Below, one piece after another: positions 54,229 through 64,000 of a DNA stretch of 64,000 nt. How positions within the stretch are numbered: position 1 is the first letter of the stretch; each line of letters opens with the position of its first letter. Source of the DNA: Octopus vulgaris (lineage: Eukaryota); NCBI GenBank assembly GCA_951406725.2, contig OX597826.1:76756001-76820000 (forward strand), in the 5' to 3' direction. The notes under the pieces are model-generated. The model ran no database searches, was not told the origin of the DNA, and saw only the letters and a list, made by a program, of their open reading frames with translations. Both the position numbers and the translations under genes were made by a program.

Positions 54229-54961
54229 TATTACTATATTACACACACACGCGCGCGCATCATGCATTGTTTATATAGCATATTTCGTTTATGTCGTGTA
54301 CATATTAACGGAGGATTTTGACAAAAAGTTGAATTTTAAGAGTAAGAATGAATATCACATAAAAAAATCAGAATATGAAAGAAGGGCGAATAAGGAACGG
54401 CCAGAGGGAGAGGGTGCAGAATGTAGTGAGAAAGAGAGAGTGAGTTAGAAAGAAAAACATACATAAATACATCTAGACATCACACTACACACACACACAC
54501 AAACACATTGTTCGTGTGTTGATATATATTAGCAAAAATAAAAGCAGTTATCATTTGAGTGTTGAAAATGTTTTAAAAGTGATCTTTTATTTGCAGTTGT
54601 AAATGTGGCCGAAGTCACCTGAACCAAACCAAATTATAAGACCCAATTAGTACACTATAAGCGTAGGGGACTTTTATGAAAATAAAAAAAAGTCTATATT
54701 CATGTGCCTTCAGTCAAATATGCTGACGTAGGATATAATACGGGACTGTGCTGGAGAGATTTTGAGATGTGAATGGGTCAAAGGACGAATATTGTTTACT
54801 CAAAATGCTTTCTTTGGCGGTAGCCATCTTTATATGAATTTGGAAAGTGCTGGAAAAATGTATTTTGCTTGAACTGAGCGAGCCAGACACCTTTCTCCTA
54901 ACATGAAACTTTAAGTTTCAGGTTAGGAGGAAGGTGGTACTTTATATATTACACACACACA

Positions 54962-54997
<36 letters not shown>

Positions 54998-57330
54998 CAC
55001 GTGTGTCTGCGTGTATGTGTAATATATGGCAAAAAGCAGAAGAGAAAACCTGAAACAGGGGAAGGAGAAAAGAAAGAGAAGAAAGAAACAAAGAAGCCCA
55101 AAATATGGAAGATTAACGTTAATTATCAACACTTAAGCAAATTATGAATGGTCGTCATCTCCTCTGACTTGTCTCCCCTCTCGAAACATGGTTCCTTCCT
55201 CTCTGCCGTCCTTAGCACGTTATTTTAACGCTTTATAGCACACTTGAAGTAGCCAGTTCTGTTTTAATTAGCAATAAATTGCAAAGATAAAAAAACCACC
55301 AAAGATTGAAGACAGCAAAGCGAAAATTAACAAACGGAAAACAGTGTTAAGTTTCAATTTTAATCAGAGAAGAGAATGTAAAAGAATGAATTATACAAAA
55401 CAAATACAATTGAAGAGAAAACAACGCAATGAAATAGCAGTTGTTGGTTTTTCCTGATTAAACAACATATTTCAAATGATTCTCTCCTTGTCATTATTGC
55501 AGCTTACAGTGGCAACCGAGTTGGGTGATTTTAAACAAATCCTTTTTCCTTGTTGTTTGGTGTTTAATTTTCATTCTATCATATTATACGCCATTGTACT
55601 GTTCCCTTTCCTTGATTTTTTTTTCTACTACCTTACTCTGCTAATGGTAGGGGTTGACGATGATGGGGAAGATGGGGGGGGGGAGAAAAATAAAGGACGA
55701 AGAGGTGGGTTAGTGAGTTGTTGGATCCTCGTCATCATAATCACCGTCAGTGAAAGCTTTACGAGCCAAACTGAGCAGCCTGAACAGATTTTCAAAACGA
55801 GAGCAGCAAAATGGAAAGCTCGCTTTCAATTCATGCGATGCGGCAGAGTAAGCAGCGATTTTCATCTGGTGAAATCCCTCTCGTCGATAATTTATAGTGA
55901 TGCTTATTTACATTATTTACATTATTTACATATAGCACGGTGTTATTGTGATACTGTTTTTTTTTTTTAATTTTTTCTTGACTTCAACCAGTTTTATTCG
56001 ATGTGAATCCTAATTCCTGTCGTGTTTAGACCTTGTGTTTATTGGTCGATGTCCTGAACCGTTGTGACTGATGAAAGAAATTAGGATTTTAGTCGACGGA
56101 GGAAAGGACAAAATGAGAGGGATGAGGGAGGAGAAAGAAAGTAAGTGGTATTGGTGCTGTAAAAGTAAGGTTGAGAGTGGCACACTAAGTATCATTGCTA
56201 CTGAATCTAACATATTTGAGTTGTCTCATCATAAAACGGGTGTTAGCCACAGCAGCAGCCGTTCAAGAATTTGGACCTGGAGATCTCCATTTCCAGCGAC
56301 TTCGAGGGCCACCTCCCAGTGGTGTCGGGCGTCAACGAAGAGCCCTCGACTACAACAAGACGACCAAAATTGTTTTTTTCCCCCAAGGTCTGGGGTCTCC
56401 CGCCCCTAAGCCCTAGACCATCACCTAATCACCCTTACCCGTCTTGTTGCTTAACTACAACAACAACAAGAGCAGCTTCAGTAGTAGAAGCATCGGCAAG
56501 AGAAGCAACATTAGCAGCAGCAGCAACAACAACAGCGACAATAACAACGACGAAAACAAGAACCAAAATAATGACAACAGGAACAACAACGAGATTATCA
56601 ACAACATCGGCAACAGCAATAGTAATAAGAACAATAGCAGACCCCCAAAACCGTAACAACAACAATAGCAACAATGGCAACGATATTTGCACACAACGAA
56701 CTATTCTTTGTCGAAGACAGAAAGTCACCGGAAGAACCGAAAGGATAGAATTTTCCAGTGAATACAAAGCTTTGTCAAACTAGAAGTGAGAAAGAAAAAT
56801 AAGCTCTGAAATGCAAGCCATTAGGTACAAATGCAACTTTCGAAAAGATAGCCTTCACCTTTAGAACATATGTCCTTCGTTACCGCACACATGTAAAGGA
56901 AACTAATAGGAGACGTTACCTGGTATCTGTATTGGAGAACAGAAATTTTGAAGAATGGTAACACCTTGAAGAGTTGCACCATGATTCTTTTTGGGGTAGA
57001 AGATTAACTTGAGTTCGAGTTACAACTTGTTGTTTCATAGAGATAAAGAAAAGATCACAGACATCCTGGAAGAACATGGGAAGATCCGCAACTCTGAAGA
57101 AATTCTAGATGCTAGTTGCCCCGGAGGAAGTCATTGGCATTCTTGATCTTTTTTTTCGCGAAATGTGAGCAGGTGATAATAGAGGGCAGAAAATTCAAAT
57201 GCTTTATATGTGGAAATTCCGACGAATTTTTATAACCCACGGTAAAGAAAAACCGATGCCCTTCACTATTATGAGAAACACCATGAAAATTAATAGAAGC
57301 TTTTCTTCTTACGTAAGTTAAGCCAAACAA

Positions 57331-57376
<46 letters not shown>

Positions 57377-58696
57377 CTCTTTCCTCTGGCAGAAGCTTCG
57401 TGGCATCAAAGACCCTGTCAAATGAAGAGGGTACATTCAAAGCCAAACAAATAAAGGTCAACTCAAATTGAAGGGGACTTTGTTATTTTAACTCCTGTCC
57501 ATTGTCCGGAAATCTTTCGTCCCACATCTGTGACCCCTTCAGCGACACCTTTCGTTTCTGTGTCTGTTCTTGCTCCACTTACTCCATTCTGTTCTTCTAA
57601 GATATGTATCCTTATGTGCGCATGCGTTTGTGTCCTTGCTTGTGTGTGTGTATGTGTGTGTGTGCATGAGTACATGTGTGTGTGCGTGTGCATGCATGTG
57701 TATGTGTCACAGTTTTGGCAGCAGTGTGGCCTTCCCCTTCAGCCCCATCCTCTCTGGTTTATATGTTGTGGTGTTTTTTGTGTCTTTATTCTGCAATCTC
57801 TTGAGGAATCGGGAAGATAGTTATGTATTGGTTGTTTGTTTGTTTGGCTGAATATACCGTAACAAGTTAGTTTTGTTGTGATTACCCACACAAATAGATG
57901 CCGTATTTGGTCCCTTCGGCACATACACCGGCAAGGTATCATAAATTTAACGACATGCCAATGACCAAATGTCGTCTGAAATATCATTTACTGAAGTCCT
58001 TGTACGGCACTGTCCAATACATGGGGTTCAAGTCACTCAGAATATGTGCAAGATATGGACTTATCTTACTTTCTCCAAGAAATCAGGATCTATTTCTTGG
58101 GGAAGAAATGTGTTCAACAGCGGGATTGAATCTTCAGTTTTTTTTCTTTTGTTTCCTTTTTTGGTCACCGGTTTAAAAAACGTGTTTGTTTATTAATCAT
58201 TGTAGACACTCTCCGTGTTTAAAAGTTGCAAAAAGGAATCTTGACAAACTATGGTTGTAGAATTAATCTTTTATCCGGTGTAACACCATACTCACCACCT
58301 ACACCCTCAGCACCCTTCAGCCGAGTGCACTCTGTTGCAAGCATTCGGGTGAAGTCACCTTTTCCGGGATACGTTCCTCCCTTTCTCCCAACAATCTTGA
58401 AAGCCCTCTAAAAAGTCAGGAGCTCGGTCCCTCCTTCCTAACCAGAAAGGAGCAAAAAGAAAAGACAAGCAAAAATAACTTTTTTCTTTATTTTGTTTTA
58501 CCCCAAACGAGGAAGACTTAATGCACCCAATCAGATCCTTAACACTCCATTCACGAGTTTTGTACTTAAAGAAAGACAAAGAAAGAAAGCGCGAAAAGGA
58601 TTTCCCACGCAGGTCCACCTTGTTATAATCCTCGATGGAGGAGAGCCAAACGAAACACGGGCGTCTGTAGCAAAACAGAGCAGAGAATGATAACAT

Positions 58697-58806
58697 CACC
58701 GCCGCCGCCGGCACCACCACCACCACCGCCGGCACCACCACCACCGCCACCAGCAAGAACAAGAGTAGTAGTAGTGGTAGCAGTGGTAGTAATAATATTA
58801 GTAGTA

Positions 58807-58877
<71 letters not shown>

Positions 58878-58895
58878 AAGAAGAAGAAGAAGAAA
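58697..58895. repeat. Compound trinucleotide tract (CCG/CCA)n-(GTA)n-(GAA)n
   Basis: Seen directly. Confidence 0.9.
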
Positions 58896-59199
58896 GGGGG
58901 AGGAGGTGGAAGACGGGGAGGGAGTACACCACAAGTGAGGGGGCTTGTAAAATTAAGTAAACAAAGTATTATACGGAAGTGGAAAAGAAAAAGGGAAACA
59001 CAGTAGAGGGGGGGAGTGCGCAAGGCATTTGGGGATTATATCTCCGTAGGAAGCATAGACAAGAAGATTACTTATTGAAAGAAATAAGAAATCGGCCTAG
59101 CAAGATATGATGCGACGATACGACCGCAGATTTCCCATTCACCAACTTTATGTGCAACGACAATATTCATACACGAGTGTAAATACTCAAATATATACA

Positions 59200-59267
<68 letters not shown>

Positions 59268-59359
59268 CATATATATGTATGTATGAATGTATATACACAC
59301 ATACATATTACTTCGTCAATTACTTCGTTGATCACTTAAAGTGCATATGCATATAGTGT

Positions 59360-59392
<33 letters not shown>

Positions 59393-59404
59393 CATATGGT
59401 GTAC

Positions 59405-59445
<41 letters not shown>

Positions 59446-59601
59446 TATGTGTATCTATCCACACACACATATATATATACACAATATATATATACATATA
59501 CATATAGTGTAGAGATATTTATATATATATATGTATATATATATTTATATTTATATATATATAAATATATACACGTACGCACACACAAATATATGTATGT
59601 A

Positions 59602-59657
<56 letters not shown>

Positions 59658-59861
59658 GTGTATCATTTATATATATATGCAATACAAATATGTATGTTTA
59701 TGCAAATATATTTATGTATTTCTGTCTCTCTTTTTGTGTGTGTGTGTATATAGTGTATATATATATACGTACACAAGTACAGCCATACACAGATGGATAG
59801 ATACATATATGCACACACAGATTTGTATATATATGTGCGTGCGTGTGCATATATATATATA

Positions 59862-59904
<43 letters not shown>

Positions 59905-60170
59905 GCTTATCAGCTTAATCTACGCTTCTATGCTTTTGTACGGAATGTATGGTTACAAATGTGTCAGTGATACGTCCACCTGTATAAACACGCAAAACAT
60001 TGGCGCTAAGGTGGTTAAGAGAGCGGTTGTACTTAACGTCTATTACGAAACATGGATTTGAGAATGTCATGGCAGTGTTATGTCCTGTTAAAGTATGTAC
60101 CATTACAGAGATGTTATTTAATACTTTTATCTCCGTATTATCTCTCCAGCACTACATGTCCTGTTTACCT

Positions 60171-60620
60171 CCTTAAATCCTTAAAAATGTTTTAGCCCGA
60201 GGGCCGCGGCCATGCTGGGGCACCACCGCTGAATGAGCTACACTAATATGTGAATCCACCTCTGATACGTGGCACTTGATCAACAAGGGAGTTCCATGCT
60301 GCTGCCCGCATCCGCGTCTCCTGTCGTGAGGTAGGTTCATCTGGGACTCCCGACAAGAAAAGATCCAGTTTAGTTTTAAAGAAACCCACATCCACACCAT
60401 GTAAGTCTCTTAGGCATTTAGGGAGGATGTTAAAGAGCTGTGGTCCTCTGAAAACCAAGCTGTTGCAGTATCTGGTCCTGTATTTTGATGGTGACGTTGG
60501 AATCTTTGGCACCATGCAGTGGCGCCCCGTTCTGCGGTTGGGGTAACTTTGAATGCCAAAGTTTGGGACAAGATCCTCCAGGATTTTCCAGATGTATATC
60601 ACCGCATATCTCTCCCGCCT
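60171..60620 (-). mobile_element. 5'-truncated CR1-group LINE 3' end with open ORF2 C-terminus
   Basis: RRERYAVIYIWKILEDLVPNFG...NSLVFRGPQLFNILPK...FKTKLDLFLSGVPDEP, a short 3' UTR and (TTTAAGGA)-like terminal repeats. Homologous to 14370-14800. Confidence 0.9.
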
Positions 60621-60898
60621 ATCTATCATTCTAGATTCCTGCCCGCTTTCTCTCTCACATGCGCAATATACTGTGTGTTATGTGCGCCTGTCCTGTCTGT
60701 CTGTTTGTCGTTTTGTCTGTTTGTGTCACCCTTTGTGGCTATATACCAGTCCAGCAGTCAATCAAGCAATCAGCTAATTGTCTCCAGAAATATTTAAATG
60801 ATTTAAAGTATTCTTTTTGTCGATTCTCCGAAACAATAAAAGTCTTGCCGAAGCAGACATTACTAGTGTTTCTCGAGTCAGTTTGACCGTATCTATTC

Positions 60899-60931
<33 letters not shown>

Positions 60932-60965
60932 TATCTGTCTGTCTGTCTGCCTGCCTGTCTGCCTG

Positions 60966-61018
<53 letters not shown>

Positions 61019-61087
61019 TGATCCCTATTTGTCCTCCTTGTAATTTGTTCTATCTGTGTGCAGCCCTGTGTGGCTAATAAAGAAACA

Positions 61088-61131
<44 letters not shown>

Positions 61132-61201
61132 GATATATCTATCAATCTGTCTGTCTGTCTCTCTGTCTATCTGTCTGTCTGTCGGTCTGTCTGCCTGTCT
61201 G

Positions 61202-61236
<35 letters not shown>

Positions 61237-61257
61237 CTATCTTTCTGTCTGTCTTTA

Positions 61258-61555
61258 GCTTTCACTTGTTTCAGTCATTGAACTGCGGCAACGCAGGTGC
61301 CCCGCCTTGAATCATTTTTAATCCCAGTAATATTTTAAAGCCTGGTGACCGTCTAACTTACGGGAACGTAAACACACCAACACCGGTTATGAAGCACAGA
61401 TACGAAAACAGACACACACATTCGCGCATAAATACGGCGGGCTTCTTTCAGTTTCCGTCGGCCATATCAACTCACTTTGATTGAAGTGGCCATGAAATTC
61501 TTTCCCGGCGCCATCTGGTTGAGAAGCGAGCTTTTTTGCCCCACAGCCATGTCTG
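61258..61555 (-). mobile_element. SINE family B, degenerate and internally deleted
   Basis: acttgtttcagtcattgaactgcggc...gggcttctttcagtttccgtc...ccacagccat. Confidence 0.7.
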
Positions 61556-61668
61556 TGCCTTCCTGTCTGTCTATGAAGCAATCTTTCCGTATTCTTTATA
61601 TTCTTGTTCTCCTGTTTCTTGATCCACGTACATTTACTAGTATACTAGAAACAAAAACATATGTTCAT

Positions 61669-62089
61669 TTATTTCTTTATTGCCCACAAGGGGTAAACAT
61701 AGAGGGGACAAACAAGGACAGACAAAGAATTAAGTCGATTACATCAACCCCAGTGCGTAACTGGTACTTATTTAATCGATCCCGAAAGGATGAAAGGCGA
61801 AGTCAACCTCGGCAGAATTTGAACTCAGAACGAAATACCGGCAGACGAAATACCTATTTCTTTACTACCCACAAAGGGCTAAACAGAGAAGAGACAAACA
61901 AGGACAGACAAACGGATTAAGTCGATTATATCGACACTCAGTGCGTAAATGGTATTTAATTTATCGACCCCCGAAAGGATGAAAGGCAAAGTCGACCTCG
62001 ACGGAATTTGAACTTAGAACGTAGCGGCAGACGAAACACGGCTACGCATTTCGCCCAGCCTGCTTACGATTCTGCCAGCTCGCCGCCCT
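61669..62089 (-). mobile_element. SINE family A dimer
   Basis: Two cores with junction agacgaaatacctatttctttactac. Confidence 0.9.
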
Positions 62090-62729
62090 AAAAAAGCAGA
62101 TGTATAATTAACCACGTGATATAGCTGCTTAATATGCTAGAATAACAGCGACGTATCCTCCACATCAAACCCTATAATTTTGATGGACAAAAACAACTTT
62201 AAACAGTAAGTGTAAGGAGCTCAGTCAGCAAGTCATCAGGGAAATTAACTAAACTGGCTTGATTTTAGTCCTTCTTCAGTTCTGGACCTGGCGATCGTCA
62301 AAATCACAAAACAAGTGGCTGTGCGCGAACTGACGCCTTGTCTGTTGATGGTCTGATATGCAATCGACTATATTTTCGCAGATAAGTGATATAAATCACA
62401 GGAACCTCCAAAATTTAACGAATTTAATATGGTCCACATATGACCATTCCAGCACTCAAGAGACAAACTATACATCCATTCGGTACGCTAGAAACAGAAG
62501 CATAATTTCGCTTAAACTACATTTATTTCACTGGAAAAAAAAGTAAAGATTAAATTAAATTATAAAGATCTGTGTGCATTAAATGAAAGCTGAACTTTTC
62601 ACAGCCGACTCGTCTGTGTTCAAATATATTAAACCGAAGAATTAGCCATAACAACTTTGTAGCAAAGCCAAAATGCATTTCTTATTCTAACAATGTTAAT
62701 ACAGAAACCTAAAACGCCAGAATAAATAT

Positions 62730-62938
62730 TGGTTTCTAATTTTTAGCACAAGGCCAGCAATTTCGAGTGAAGTGGGTCAGTCGATTACATCGACCCCAGT
62801 GCTCAACTGTTACTTATTTAATCTACATCAAAAAGATAAAAGGCGAAGTCTACCTAGGCGGAATTTGAACTCAGAAGATGGATAAAATGCCGCTAAGCAT
62901 TAGCCTGGCGTGCTTACCATTTTAGCAGCTTGTCGGTT
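62730..62938 (-). mobile_element. SINE family A monomer, older
   Basis: gcacaaggccagcaatttcg...gtcgattacatcgaccccagtgctcaact...ggaatttgaactcagaa. Confidence 0.8.
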
Positions 62939-64000
62939 TAACCTGAATAAATATTAGACGGTAATTACAATCTTATCGCCAGGCCCAGGATATTACCAGC
63001 TTTACTTAAACCTCCATTACGGTCATTTACCTGAAGACAACAAATATACTTTTTCTTTCTTTTTCTTTTCTTTTCTTTTTTTTTTGTCTTTGTTTGCATT
63101 TCATTTTTCATTTTCTCCTCTTATTTACTTCAGCTGAAAGTTTCAGCAAGATATATGCTGAGATATTTAATGAAAGAACATTACTAGAGCTGATTTTTTA
63201 AAAACTTTGTCTTTACTATTTTTTGTTTTTCTTTCTTTTTTGTTTCTATTTGGATTTTTTTTTTTTATCTATTGACTTTTCGTTTTAAATTTATAATTTA
63301 TGTGTTTGTGATTACGGCAAATATATTGCCACTCTTCCATTTGGTTTTATGTTTAGCGCGGTTGGATATGAAAGCAATGACAGGAAAGTTTAAAACTTAA
63401 ATCTATTAATATAAGTGTCTGTTCTTTCATTCCAAACTCACCTAAATCTTAATTAGAGGAAGGAGAAAATACAAACAGAGTATTTAAAACGAAACACAAA
63501 TTAGGAATTACAATTAGAATCAGTGTAAAATGTATGTATATTCAAAAAGAAAAAAAAAAAAGGGGGAAGAAAGAAAGAAAGCCAAAAAGAAAGCAAGCTG
63601 TTCGCAATGAAATGATTTGAACCAGTATTGATTCTGTAACTTAAATAGACGGTGACATATAATTATAAAGAATATCCGAATAGAAGAGAAATAAACAAAA
63701 AAGTCATTGTTAGAGTCGTAAAAAAAATTATGCCAAAGATGAATGCACTTGGAGAAACATTGGAAATGGAATTAAAACAAAGTTGACGGCAATAAGTGAA
63801 AGTCTTAATTAGAAAATACATAAATTAAAAATGGTGTTACACATGGCTGAGTTGATAGTATGTCGGAGTGGCAGCTGGTAGATCGAGGTTTCGCCTCCAG
63901 CATCATGTCATTCATTACCTTTAATGTTATCATGGATTTTAGCCTCCCAAAGAAACCGCTGGTATGGCTATGCTTTAAGAACTGTAAGACGTTTGCTTCC

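Noticed and set aside
58355-59023. 222-aa minus-strand ORF with poly-F/L/V
   Set aside because: Produced by trinucleotide repeats; no domain evidence.

Overview
This is AT-rich, microsatellite-saturated eukaryotic DNA. The tRNA-derived SINE families and dense (TA)n/(TACA)n/(CA)n/(TCTA)n tracts suggest an Octopus-like cephalopod (inference). No host protein-coding gene can be supported, and almost all listed ORFs are microsatellite or SINE artefacts. Real coding remnants are all from transposons: a 5'-truncated Penelope-like element (RT + GIY-YIG, 41000-42357, minus), two CR1-group LINE copies (12340-14810 plus, decayed; 60171-60620 minus, intact frame), mariner/ITm fragments, Helitrons and a probable piggyBac relic. 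At least five SINE families (my labels A-E) are present. The most interesting signal is a set of hammerhead-ribozyme (HHR)-like motifs: (i) a U3:A8-variant minimal HHR in the Penelope 3' end; (ii) four copies of a short non-coding element carrying a minimal HHR, each ending at (TA)n; (iii) two copies of a (TATG)n-embedded element with an HHR-like layout, a non-canonical core and a possible pseudoknot. Also seen: a SINE/LINE shared 3' tail, dimeric SINE masters, an inverted duplication at the window start, a ~280-bp foldback, and a candidate promoter plus a SINE-free possible first-exon region (49.5 kb; 54.3-59 kb). Coordinates were read by eye and element boundaries are approximate.
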